Positions 10,960 through 24,092 are shown, numbered from the stretch's first letter. The stretch is 64,000 bases of DNA from Adineta vaga (GCA_021613535.1 CP075492.1:14643205-14707204), one strand, 5' to 3'. Made by a program: numbers and translations. The notes: a model not told the origin generated them from the sequence alone.

Positions 10960-13329
10960 ATGGCTTTAGACAATATGGTAGACATTCGAGAGCAATGCAC
11001 TTTTCTTCTCAGTGCAACACGTAATTCTACTGTGAAGGAACAACTACCTTTATTTTTGGATAATGTGCTCAAATGTTTGAAAAAAATTCCTTCTATATGG
11101 GCAAAGCCCGATGTTATCGTCGAAATAACAAAGGCATTGTTAGCAGTTGATAGGGTACCATGGTTTCTACAACCTCAAGTGCTTCAACACCAGCTCTTCA
11201 TTATTCTACGTGATTACTTGGTAGAAGTTTTATTCGATGACAAACAAGCAGAAATGGTAACGAACTTATCCGCTCTATTCCACAAAATTTGTGAAAATGA
11301 TCCGATAAAAGATGAAATGATCAGCTTAATGTTGTACAAACCTCTTATTGACAAGATGAATGTTTTTATTACTGAATTTGATCAAAAACATGGTACAACG
11401 AAGCAAATTGAATGCATGTGTATTTTACTCCATATATTTAAACGTATCCAAATGATACATATCAATCTTTATCAACATCCACTTTTAGAAATTCTATTTC
11501 TCACCGTCTCTAAATTGATTAATTCAAAATTTTTGATCGCTCAACTTTTTAATACACGAAATCTTATGATGAATCTCGATCCAATACAAACATTTCTATT
11601 TGATACTTGTATCGAATTCATGTACTGGCAACCTTATGAAGAAAGTTTATTGCGAAGACAAAATTTAAAACAAATTTGTGAAACACATATTTCTACCATA
11701 GTACGAATGATGTCTTCATTATCCTTCTCAGAACCTGTTATTCGTATGGCTTCATTACTTAGTATTTATATTATGGTTCAAGAAAATGATAATGATGAAA
11801 AAATTCTTCATCAAGATTATTATGATCTTCTAAAGTACTGTGTAGCAATGCTTGACAATGGAAAGATTCACTCAAAAGAAAGACTTCTTTTGGAATGTAT
11901 TTGTCATCTTAGCAATCATCCTGATTTACTGATTTTATTAAAAGAAAATGAATCATTGAAAACTTTATTATTGACATTGAGTGAAGTAGATGATAGTGGT
12001 ATATCATTTAGTTCCTATCGTATTTTAGCATTAATTATGTGCGAAGATGATATTAAAACACTGAAGAATGCTAACAAAATTGTCGGAGTATTCTATCTCT
12101 ATTTGATTAGTATGTTGGATGATCCAGTTCAAAGAACAGCTTTTCTCAATCTTCTGTACAGTTTAAAAAGTAATTCATATGAATATAATCAGAATAGTAA
12201 ACAGATAATAATTGTATTCATTTCTAGGTTTAATACAACACGATCAAGTCAAAGTAGAAATCGTGCAGCAAGATATGATTTCTCCACTCATTCAATGTGT
12301 CACCGTCAAACAAAAGTTTCATTCGATTAAAATACAACAGTATGCTATCGAAATTCTAATAGCACTTTCATTCAACGATGATGCCATGCATATTCTTGAG
12401 CAAGATCACGATCTCATCGAATGTCTAACAACACTGAAGAGTTCCGACGAAGAATTAGTTCAACGAGCAGCAACTCATTTGATATGGCGATTCGAACAAA
12501 AACGTCGTGTTTCGCATCCCAAAGTATTTCAATCGATCTCAAAATCAAAATTTGATATTATGATTAGTTATTCACACAGTGATAAACAACTGTGTTTTCA
12601 AGTTTGTGATTTTCTTGAAAGAAGTGGCTTTCGTGTATGGCTTGATCGTGATCGAATGCATGGAGATGCAATTGTAGCCATGGCTGATGCAATTGAAAGT
12701 TCCGAATTTATCATTATTTGCATGTCAGAAACTTACAAATTAAGTCCTTATTGTCAAGCTGAGGCAAACTATGCATTTCAACGACAATGTAAACTAGTAC
12801 CACTTATTATGAAGTCAAAATATAAACCTGATGGTTGGCTAGGATTCATAACAAGTGGAAAGATTTATGTAGATTTTGCCAAACATGAATTCACTGTAGC
12901 TTGTTCAATGCTGACAAAAGAAATCGAAAGTAAACGTGAACTTACAACACATAGAGAAAAATCGCCCATCATCGTTCACGAATCAATAACAACTAGTACT
13001 TCTCCGATGAAAATCAATCAGCAACACATACGGATGTAAGTGCGGATATTGAGTACATCTATCTATTAATATGATTTAATTTAAGAGATTTGCCACATTC
13101 CGTTGACAAATGGTCTACTGATCACGTGCAGTCTTTCCTTATTAAGAACGAGTTGACTTCATTTTCGACCATATTGACTAATTTTAATGGTGATTTCTTG
13201 CATCAAACTTATTTAATGTGTGAAAAAAGTCGAGAATCAATGTTTCAAGCAATGCGACAAGAAGTTAGTGCAAATGGTAATTCATCGATCTTGACATTGG
13301 GTACTTACTACGCTTCCTTCAAGAATTAA
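10960..13329 (+). CDS. Armadillo-repeat / TIR / SAM domain protein (SARM-like, rearranged order), 3 exons
   Basis: Exons are join(10960..12169,12228..13035,13086..13329), with a GTAATT donor at 12170 and a GTAAGT donor at 13036; introns are 58 and 50 nt. The N-terminal roughly 500 aa is a helical ARM/HEAT-like repeat. A TIR domain (FDIMISYSHSD...RVWLDRDR...SPYCQAEANYAF, roughly 12551-12940) follows, then a C-terminal SAM domain (WSTDHVQSFLIKNELTSF...LGTYYASF) in the last exon. Confidence 0.75.
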
Positions 13330-14024
13330 AAAAATATATTCCAATCGACACGAAAAAATCTTCGAAACTTTAAAAATCAGTATTCTGAGGCATTATGTAT
13401 ATGTCGTTTTGCGCTTATGATCTCTTGAATAAATACATGCTCGAGGGTGGTTAAGAATAAAGATATCTCTGCTTTTCAGCCATCCACATTCACATCTACG
13501 AGATGCTTGTGTATGCCGCAAAAAATAGAATACGAAGCAAGTACATGAATGAACGAATATTTCTCATTCAGGGTTTCTTTTTTATCATTTCTTGTGTTGA
13601 TTTCTCGATGTCTTCTTATACTATATAACTATATCTTTCTCCTATCAAAGGATAACATAGTTCCATTTGGTAGCGTTGAACTAATCAGATATACAATTGG
13701 TACACTTCATTGTTTGTTCGTTACCATATTTTGTTTATTTTACCCTAAGTGGTATATTTCTTATTTATTTAAAAGATGAACGATATCATGAACTTTTATC
13801 TCGTATATTCTCATGTTTTGGACATTCAAATTCAGCAGTAGATGTTCTTGTATGTAATTCTACTTTTTTTTCGATTTTTCCCATGCCGTTAATTGACATG
13901 TGCAACATCGAAGTAACTAGCCTTTTAAGTTATCATTTTTTGATATAAAAATTAGATTTATTTATTTTGCAAGAACATTGTTATAAGAAAAGAAAAATTC
14001 TATTCATTCATTAATTATCTATCT

Positions 14025-14673
14025 TTAACATTTGATTGAATATAGAAGGACATGTAAACGTGGTTCTTGTGTTGAAGAAAACCATAAATAATCACGATAG
14101 ATACTGGATGACAATGATGATATACCATAATCTTGTCCAACAACAACATTGTATTTACCAAATCTTGTACTTGAAAATTCATTAGCAATATATTGTGCAA
14201 TTTGACTACGTGTACCTTTAAATACGAATATAGAAAGGATTAATTAAGTATATCTCTTATATCAACTTGTGATACTTACCAATTTTATATCCAAATCGTT
14301 TTACAGCATCTATCATTAATTTTACAGCTAATTCTTGATCTTTATTATTCATATTCGTTTGACGAATACGAATATATGATGGTAAGAAACTGTTACTGTG
14401 AAGTGAAGAACTTGAACCACTCTTAATACTATTGAAACTATGTGATGAGTCAGAATTGAACATAGATGATGGTGATGAAGATCGTGGAGAATTATGACTA
14501 CCAAAGACAAGTGCAGAAAGTGCTGAACTTGGTGATGTTGTTGAAGGCAATGGAGCCATTGTTGTTGTTGTTGTTGATGTCTTTGATTTACCAAAGAGAA
14601 ATCCATGAGATAATGTTGATGATTGAAGAAGAATAGCAGCAACAAAAATAGATAAGATAGATGATGACATCAT
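14025..14673 (-). CDS. Dynein light chain LC8-like domain protein with long Ser/Thr-rich N-terminal region, 2 exons
   Basis: Exons are complement(join(14025..14215,14280..14673)), with a GTAAGT donor after G14280 and a 64 nt intron. The N-terminus is hydrophobic and signal-like, followed by a Ser/Thr-rich tract. The C-terminal roughly 90 aa aligns to LC8: ELAVKLMIDAVKRFGYKIG / IAQYIANEFSSTRFGKYNVVVGQDYG / LHVLLYSIKC. Confidence 0.5.
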
Positions 14674-16441
14674 GATAAATATTAATAGAATTAAATTACC
14701 TAAAATGAAGAGAAAAGACTCGATAATTTTTTATGATTATATTTCAAAATATAAATATAAGAATTTACTTACAATAAATAGTCTTATTGCTTGTATTTGT
14801 ATGTTAGGTTATAAAGTGTATTTAAATGAATGAATGAATAAATGATAAAAAGAAACACAGTTTATATACTGTCTAACTTTCTAGTATCATATAGTACAGA
14901 TGAATACATAAACAATGTCTAGATTAAATGACTATTATCCTTTCTGTTATTGTTATACGAATAGATTTAATACATTCTAGACGTAAAGAAAAGAAAATAA
15001 AGTCATCTCGTTCATTATGATATGTTCTAGGTCTTTTATCGCTATAGATAGAAAGAATGAATCGAGGGTATTCGAATGAAATGTATACAATAACTACAGA
15101 TAAATAACAGTATAAAAACAGTGTTTAACCATCATGTAGAATTTATTGTCTTTGCACCTTGTTTTCTCTTAAGTATATACGGTTGAAAACTAGGATTGTC
15201 ATGAAAAACGTTATTGATTTTCATAGAGATTGATCTCTTTTATATATGATCTGTTGACAAGTTTTCATAAAACAATCTTCCAATATATAAATACATGATT
15301 ATTAATATACGTTTGAATGTGTATTTAATTTATAATTCTGTTGAAGAGATTTTCTATTGGAAACTATAACATACGAACGGGGAAAGAAGAATAAGAGAGT
15401 GTTTATTGCAGACAAGTAAAATAAAACTATATCTTATGAAGGAATTTAAATCATACGTCGAGCAAGAATTCTTATGACATACATGAAATTGAGAAATATA
15501 TTGTAGAACTCTATTTGATTGATATGACAGGAGTATGATGTTGTTAACGTATTATATACAAAGGAATATATAAAAGACTTAGTATTTTCATTTTCTTTCT
15601 TTCTTTTTATCAGTTAATCTTATCAGCAGTCTGACAGGTAAGAATATTATATTTTTAGCTTCAAGTTTAAATCATTCGAAGCAGAATCTATCCGAAAATT
15701 AGTTCTGTCGACTTCTTCGAAAACAAAACTGATTACTCACAACGATTTGAATAGTCCAGTGTTTTATAAGTGAAGATCTTCTCTCTTCTTCTTGAACGGA
15801 TGTCAATTTTCGTCAAAGATATCTGAAGATCGTTCAGAAGTTCTATATTTTCTTCTTGGTATTTCTCCTTATCCAAAACGAATATTAATGAATTCTCTAA
15901 TTAGCTCTTTAAATATCGAAAAATAATCTATCATGTTCTTTTTTTCATAAATATCACATCTGACTGCAAATATTTATTTGTTCTTCTTCTGGGAAAAAGA
16001 GATTTGAATGAAAATATGCTTTAGATATATCAATATTATTTAAAATGCAAAGTGGATCATGGATTTTACTACTCGTATTTTTACATGATGCTACAGATAT
16101 GAACTTTTTAATATGACATAAAAATCCTCACTACTGTTTTCATGTTACATGCATCATCATGATACTATCAAAAGAAAAAGTCCACGTAGTGTGGTACATC
16201 AGATTTACCAATGAAGTTCATATAGTTGCGAACACCAATGATTGCTTATGTTTTTCTTAATTTCCTAAGGACAGTATTCATTTTCAGGAAAATATAAGTG
16301 CAGCATAAGCTTGTTTATTTTATCAGTCTTTGGATAGGTTTTCTGAAAATATTCATCACTCGTTTTTGACTCATACGTCTCCAGTTAATCTGAATACTTC
16401 TTTTCTAAGTTGATTACTTAGCGTACCTAATTTTTTTGTAG

Positions 16442-17389
16442 CTCTTTGGTATAACCGACCAAAGTTTAGTACGTGTGCATCATGGAAACCAAACGGCATA
16501 ACTTTCGCAAATGAAACTATGCTTGGTGGATTTCCTCATGGACTTTTTGTCGACACAAACAACACTATCTATGCAGGTAGCTGCTACAATAATATGATTA
16601 AAGTATGGGCCAATGGTAGTTTAACTTTATTGAGAACTATTACAAATGGTTTATTTAGACCCTTCAGTCTCTTTGTATCGATGGGTGGTGATATCTATAT
16701 CGATAATGGCTTTTCGAATGGTTCGAGTTGACAAGTGGACATTGAATGCAACTAATGGTGTAAGTGTCATGAATATCAGTGAAGCTTGTCATGGTCTTTT
16801 TATTGACACCAACAATTCCCTTTATTGTTCTTTGGAAAATTTAAATATGATAGTCAAGGTTGATCTGAACAAGAATTCCACGACACCAACCAGAATTGCT
16901 GGTAATGGTACCGCTGGATCAACATCATCACTGCTTAGTGCTCCGTGGAGAATTTTTGTTGACATAGACTTCACTTTGTATGTGGCAGATTCTAAGAATA
17001 ATCGCATTCAACGTTTCGATCTTGATGCATGGAATGCAATAACTGTAGCAGGAAATAGAGCACCTAACACTATCTCACTGAATTGTCCAACTGGAATCAT
17101 ACTAGATGGTAACGGATTTTTATTTATTATGGATACTGATAACTATCGTATTGTTGCATCGAGTTCTGATGGATTTCGATGTGTAGTTGGATGTTCACAG
17201 GTTGGTGGATCAGCACCGAATCAATTGTATCATGCTCGTTACATGGCATTTGATACGTATGGTAATATGTTTGTAGCTGACGATGACAATCATAGAATTC
17301 AAAAGTTTGTTCTTGCATCAAATTCTTGTGGTACGTCCATTATTCATAGTAGATTGAAATTAAATTTTACGTCGCCTTATGTTAAATAA
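16442..17389 (+). CDS. NHL-repeat beta-propeller protein, partial model (5' exons unresolved, apparent 1-nt frameshift near 16723)
   Basis: NHL blades (GLFVDTNNTIYA, NNRIQRFD, NHRIQKFV) lie in two overlapping frames (ORFs 16519-16731 and 16646-17389). A blade reads ...GDIYIDNGFSNG|RVDKW across the frame switch. An acceptor at 16440 precedes the first exon. A GTACGT donor at 17331 and a candidate terminal TM exon at 17418-17512 are also present. Confidence 0.5.
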
Positions 17390-18569
17390 TACGAAACAGG
17401 ATGATCATAGTTGTTAGTTGAAATTTACTTCAATGAAGAATGTATCTCCAAAATAATGCTAGTATTGTTTCTAAGCTTCTTTATTTCGATTTTGTTCGAA
17501 ACCGAAGCTTGATTATTATAGTTACGTAATAGTACATATGAAAAGATGATTTGTTCTATCTGTTCTATAGTCGAAACAATGAGCACAGTGGCTTCTACTC
17601 GAGTGATTACAACTACCAATGTTGTATACACCTCTATGTCAAATAATTCGAGTTTTTCTCATCGCAGTAAATATTTATTTCAAACTTCAGTTTAAACGTA
17701 TATTTTCTTTTTAGTACAAATAACAACAATCAACAAGATATCGAATCAAACGACTAGTGTTGATGATCGTCTATCCACCACCAGTATGTTCAGTACTACG
17801 ATAGGTGGTACACGTAGTGCAATGGGAACCAATATGCTGAATTTAATATATTATCATCTCTTTCTTCTTTCTTTCCTAGCCTTCGTCTTTTAATAATAGC
17901 TAGTAAAAGTTTCTATAATCACTCTCTTTTATTGTATACTTATACTCACCACTCGTTACTTTTCTTGCTTCTGTCTTATTGATATTTTCTTCATGCTTAA
18001 TATTTACTCACACCCTATCTAAAATTAAAATAATCGAACGATTCAGACTATAATTTATTTTATAACTTTGTTCGCATATGTAATTAATACTTGAGGATAG
18101 TGTGAAAGGTAAGAGAACACACTCACGAACATATACCCTCAAGATGCAGTATATTTCAAGAAGCAAATCTTAAGTGATATATTCTATCATTAGAACCATA
18201 ACTTTGTATTTCGCTAAGAATTAGCAAAAAGATCTTTATTCTTCGTAAAATAAAGGATGTGGACGAAGATAATTAGTTTTTTGATAGACGGTATTTATTT
18301 AAACAATATTTACATAATTTATCATATGGTTTGATTTCCTTTTTTGATAAACAATATTCGTGAATATTTTCGATATCACATCAGCATTAGCAAAATAGTT
18401 TTTATTTTTCTTTAATTTTCATAATATTGATAAATCAGGTTTGTCGTGGGTTGTTGTTTTTTTAAAATTAGAATAAGATTGGAGGGGGCTAGATATTCAC
18501 CTTTTTTTCAGATAAAGAAAGTTAGACTACTAATTTTTTCTTTGATCATGAGTCTGACTGATTTTAGTC

Positions 18570-18830
18570 AAAGAATGGAGTTGAGTCAATTCAAGTGAAC
18601 TTACAGAGGTTCCAGTATTAGAATGTTAGAAAGATTATTTGACATGAGTTCGATTAATAGGCTTAGCTTGAAATTCTATGATCATAGATTTCAAGCTAAG
18701 CACTTCACCAATCGAACCATGTCAAAATACTCGTTCTAACATTTCTAATAAAACCTATGAGAGACTTACAAAATTAAGTTCCAGTTCTTGAGGCTTGGTC
18801 TTGTAGAACTATTTTGAGACTCAATGCCTT
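18570..18830. repeat. Foldback / MITE-like imperfect palindrome
   Basis: Inverted arms of roughly 70 bp (18616-18684 vs 18684-18750) are centred on tctatgatcatagat, with weaker similarity extending outward. The region is non-coding. Confidence 0.45.
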
Positions 18831-20101
18831 GTTCTAAAAATTATTTAAAGCCAGTTTCTTATTTAGTTTTGCATGATCTATCAGAAAAGTTAAGTTAAAA
18901 GATTCTAGCTTGTAACACATCTGAGGAAAAGAGACATTTTTAAAAAGTTGCGAAGTTATCTGTTTTCGACACCTTCCGAGTTTTTTCAGTATTTCACCTG
19001 GAAAAAAGTTTTAAAAAACGCAGAGCACACATTTTCTTGATTTACGTAAAATTCTCTATTGAATGGTGTATGAAAATTAAAAGAAAAACCTTTTTTACTT
19101 TATTTTTTCTTTGCGTACACCTTATAAGACTTACGTTAGAGAGAGAGAGATATTTCATAAAATGCAGATATAGAACTTTAGTGAAAATCTGTTATATAAG
19201 ATGCATTCTATTCAAAATTATTATTTTTGAGTTTAAAATTGTGACGATTTTTGATAGAAGAAGCTACAGGGCTCATGAAGCTACGCTTTTCTTCATTTCT
19301 TCATATCCTACATCGCATATTGCTCTTATATAAAACAATGACGTATACGCTCTTCCGAAGGCGAGAAGGACAAACGATTATAAGAATAGAATACAAAGTA
19401 CTGACAAAATGCAAAGTAAGGACACCAAAAAAAAGGATATAACGCTTTTCACAAATTTCGTCACAAAAATAGTTTCCTTTATTACATTTTTATTATATCC
19501 TTGAAGATATTCTTCGTTTTTTCTTATAAATTGGAATCGCTCTAAGCAAAATTAACTATTCGACTCCTTGTACTTTTTTCTTAAAATAAATTTAATGTGC
19601 TTTTATTCTTAATATTAAACTGTTCTTTAATATGAGTTTCTAGTACAAAATATAATGTTGATGTTCACATATATTCTATTGAATGCAAGCATTTTATATT
19701 ATAAAAGATATCGTTTTTTGAATCATCTGCGGATAGCGCCGTGAATCTTTTCCCCACTATATGCATGTTTTTCATATTGCGATGATCTAGAAAATGGAAC
19801 ATCAGAAAATGATAGACGCGGCTTTTGTTGAAATAGCTGATATCTTGTTGATATAGTATATGTCTGTTAGTAAATGACAATACAAAGAAACTTATTAACA
19901 TTCTTCATCTTCATTTTCATCGTATTCCATACTCGAGTGAAACTCTAATACCATCTAGTTTCATCTTTCTCATAATGTCACGAAATTATATCAGAATAAA
20001 TGCTCTCGCTTCAGATTGTAGTTAATAGAAATTGTTTTTTTCATTAGACATTAAATTTTATTCTGAACACATAGATTAAAAAGCAAACTATTAGAACTTC
20101 T

Positions 20102-21127
20102 ATGTCCACTATTAATATTCTTATCGATCAAATCAATGACGCAGCGTCAATATGTTTTCTCACAATATCTATTGTGAATTTTATCTTAGGTTCCATTGGA
20201 CTTCTCTTAAATATCTATGTTTTTTCTCGATCAATTCTTCGTCGTGAACCTTGTGCAATGTATTTTCTTTCATCGACAATTTACAATTTATTTGTTGTAT
20301 TTATTGTTATGCCTGTTCGTGTCCTTTCCAATGCATATAATATATCAGCATCCAATTATAATCTTGGTTTATGTAAATTTGAATACTTTATCTTCTATGC
20401 TACACGTGCCACATCAATTTGGTTAATTGTTTTAGCATGTCTTGATCGTTATTTACATAGTTCATCATATCCACATATTCGTCGATTGAGTTCAATGAAA
20501 ACGGTCAAATTATCAATTACAATTATTGGAATAATAGTGCCAATTTTATATAGTCATATGGTTATTTATTATGAAATATACTATGTATTAGATCCATATG
20601 GTAGTATAACACCTTCTTGTCGAAGTCAAAAAGGTCTTTATAGTACATTCTTTGGATTTTCACATATGGTTGTGTATTCACTTTGTCCATCATTTTTAAT
20701 GTTAGTTTTTGGCTGTTTAACATTGAGAAATATACGTCAACAACGTCGAATGACTCGACAATTAAATGAAAATATAAGAATTCGCCGAAGAGATACTCAA
20801 ATGTTACGAATGTTAACTGCTCAAGTAGTTGTAATTATTATTGCAACATTACCATTTTCAATTCATCAACTTTATATATCATTTACAAATACATTAGTTA
20901 AGAGTACACTTCGAATTGCTCAAGAAAATTTATCTGCACGAATTACTGGTATCATGACATATTTTGCACATTCAACTAGTTTCTATTTGTACACATTAAC
21001 TGGAACTATTTTTCGAAAAGAAGTTAGCAAGTTTATTCGAATCTGTTGGCAATCCAATGAAAATCGTATACATACAATTGACAATGAACGACAACAAGTA
21101 GATGTATTACAAAATAATAATGTGTAA
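20102..21127 (+). CDS. Rhodopsin-like 7TM receptor (GPCR), single exon
   Basis: 341 aa with a 7TM profile and a DRY-type motif, ACLDRYLHS, after TM3. ATG at 20102, TAA stop. Confidence 0.75.
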   Translation: MSTINILIDQINDAASICFLTISIVNFILGSIGLLLNIYVFSRSILRREPCAMYFLSSTIYNLFVVFIVMPVRVLSNAYNISASNYNLGLCKFEYFIFYATRATSIWLIVLACLDRYLHSSSYPHIRRLSSMKTVKLSITIIGIIVPILYSHMVIYYEIYYVLDPYGSITPSCRSQKGLYSTFFGFSHMVVYSLCPSFLMLVFGCLTLRNIRQQRRMTRQLNENIRIRRRDTQMLRMLTAQVVVIIIATLPFSIHQLYISFTNTLVKSTLRIAQENLSARITGIMTYFAHSTSFYLYTLTGTIFRKEVSKFIRICWQSNENRIHTIDNERQQVDVLQNNNV

Positions 21128-22569
21128 ACCATTATTATTCAAAATATTTAATAACACTAATAACCAATAAAGATGACGCACGTACTTGGTTTTTTTCTGA
21201 AAATTAATATAAACTCCTCCCTAGATTAAAAGACTCGAGGTCTTCTAATGTGATATTCGATAGAAAAAAGAACTAAATACTTCGAAATTTCTTCAATTTA
21301 TTAATTTTCATCAAAACAAAAACAAAATTGTAGAAATATATATAAATATAAAATAAATGCGAAAACGTCGGATTTTATCCGAAAGTTATGTGTACTGCAA
21401 AAAGTGTATAGGGTAGAAGATATAGAAAAATATCGATGTTTTTCTAAGAACTCGGCAATGGCTCGTTCAACCAGGCTCATCTTTGAACTTCACCGAGATA
21501 TTGATGTGACAATACTTGATAGAAAATCTCATCATAATTGGAAACAACTTTAATAGAATCATTATCGTCACCGGAATCATTTGTTGAATTATCTGAATTG
21601 AGATAGTTCACCAAAGACATTTATTTTAATCTATCTGTTCGAAATGCGTCGTTTATACAGTCGTTCTTCTACCAATAGAGACAACGAAAGAATTATTGTC
21701 TACTTTTCTTTCTTTTCTGTTAGATATACAAACAATTTGATTATAGGCACTTGTTTTACAGTCCAAGTAATCCATATATGTAAGGATAAAAAAGAAAAAG
21801 AACTCTCTCGACTGATCAAAAGTTCGCTGTATATACTTTGTATCACGTACGAATGAAAGAGAAGAATATTTCAGTGAATTTATTCATAGTATTCGTCGAA
21901 ATGATTTTATAAAAGGGGTCTTCTAATACAGCTTTTAAACTTATTGTCGAAAAGGGTCTTTTAATTTGAGGAGGGGTTTATGGCAATTTTAGATATAAGC
22001 AGTGGTAGGAACATTGATACAACTAGGCTTTGCTTTACTTCTTCTTCATGTCATATATCGTATTATTTTTATGAAAAGTCTAGGTTTATGCACTCGTCGA
22101 TAAGAGAAGAACGAAAGATCGTAAAAGAGAAAGATTATAAAGACAACATAAACTGCGAGAACAATGTAATCAAATAGAAAAGGTAGCAAAGGTAAAAGGT
22201 TAAAAACAATAGATAATATAGAAAGAAGTAAAAGTAGGACAAATATCATTACAATATGCTTCAATTCTATCTATAGTAAGTTGTACATATAACAAATGTG
22301 GATAGGAATGAGGGTAAAGGATGGATGCATATCCACACCACTTTAATATCAGTAAAGCTACTAAAGTTGAAGATATTATTTTTGTAAACAATTAAACGTA
22401 TTCTATTCGATGATATTTAAACTATACACTTGTTTCGCGATGCGCACCATGTCGTACTTTAGTTACGCATGTGCCGTACTTTTTCTTTTTCTTTACGTAA
22501 TAGATTTTGTCGTCGGTAGAGAAAGTATATAAAGGCCTTGTTTTCTTTTTCTTTCTGATCATTATTAAC

Positions 22570-23542
22570 ATGTCGTCAAGTAAAGAACGTGTGTTTGTCA
22601 CTGGAGCAAGTGGAGGCATTGGTAGTGGTGTCGTTCGTGGTCTTGTTAAAAAAGGAATTGATACAACTGCATACGTAAGAAGCGAAGAAAAAGCAAAAGA
22701 ACTATTCAAAGATGAGCTTAAGAGTGGTCACTTGAAGATTGCCGTTGGTACTTATTCAACTGTTGACGACTTTAAAGAAGCGATTCAAGGACATACACGT
22801 CTTTTTCTGCTATTTGCTGCTGTTCATAGTAAACCAGCCGATATGAGTGAAGTCAAAGGAACTCTTGCAAAGATCGCTTTCGAACAAGGTGTTCAACAAA
22901 TTGTTGATCTCTCTTCGGCTTTTGTTAGTACTTATGGTAGAAAAGGTATCATTGGATACATGCATACGACAGCGGAAGAAAAACTTTGGACACTAGCAGA
23001 TGAAAATCCTAACCAACGTTCTCTTGTTGTACTTCGTCCCGGATCGTTCACGAATAATCATCTTATGGCTGATGTTCATCATATAAAACATTCGAACAAA
23101 CTTGTTTCATGTGGATCGCCTTCATCAGTTACGACTTGGATTGATACAAGAGGTAAGACAAAACTAATGACTACTTTTAATGCATAGTTCTTTTTTGTTT
23201 GTAGATATTGCTGATTGTGCCGTAGCCGTTCTAAGTGAATCCATAGAAAAACATGATCGTAATATTTATGAACTTGGTGCCGAAGCTTTGAGTAATGAAC
23301 AACGAGCAGCTATTTTCACAAAAGTCCTTGGTAAACCGATTAATTATGAACAACAATCATTTCAAGACTTCTACAAGGCAATGACTGGTTTAGGCATGCC
23401 ACATTCGATCGTTTATAATTTTACATTAATTGCTTCGAAAGATATTTGTGATTCTACAACTCCACAAATAGCCATTATCATCGGTCGACCATTGCACACA
23501 CTTGAAGAATGGATAACTGACAATATCAAAGAATTTCAATAA
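22570..23542 (+). CDS. NmrA-like NAD(P)-binding protein (atypical SDR), 2 exons
   Basis: Exons are join(22570..23152,23205..23542), with a GTAAGA donor at 23153 and a 52 nt intron. It carries the Rossmann motif VFVTGASGGIGSGVVRGL, and NmrA-like conservation continues across the splice (WIDTR|DIADCAVAVL). Confidence 0.75.
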
Positions 23543-24092
23543 AGAATTTTATGTCACAGTATTCCGTTTGTTTCAATGAAAAAAAAGGAGTGTAGATGAG
23601 AGTTTGCACAGACAGAAGTTATCTAATATATAATGGAGTCTTTAATTGTTTGAAAGTTTATATTATTTATGTATTTTCGTTCTTGAGAAACTATGTTTAA
23701 GAGTCGTCATACTATCCATCGAGAAATGGACACTATAGTCAGATTTAAATAAATTCTAGTTTGATAAAAGTTTTCTTGAATAATGTTATGTATCTTTGAG
23801 GTAACGTTAAACAAGTAGATTGCCAAGTCAATTCTCAACATTGTGTAAATGGAAGAAAGTATCATTATGAGTTGATGTCAATTGATGTTGATGAAATGTT
23901 TTCCTTGTAAGGTTATGATCACCGAAGTATTATTCCTGATACTGATCTTCTACACCAACAACAATATCATACGAAAGACAAATATGGAATATGACACGGT
24001 TTTTTACTTCATAAATCTTCTGAAAAACATTACGAACGATGTATGATACTTTACATTCATAAATTCTATAAAAATGTCACCATTTGTTGTTT

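Noticed and set aside
14100-14130. A frameshift inside the LC8-like domain (the alternative frame YHHCHPVSIVIIYGFLQ also resembles LC8 beta-strands)
   Set aside because: The primary frame is a continuous ORF whose C-terminus (IYRDYLWF ... LHVLLYSIKC) also aligns to LC8 strands 4-5. No frameshift is needed, and the alternate-frame similarity is most likely coincidental.
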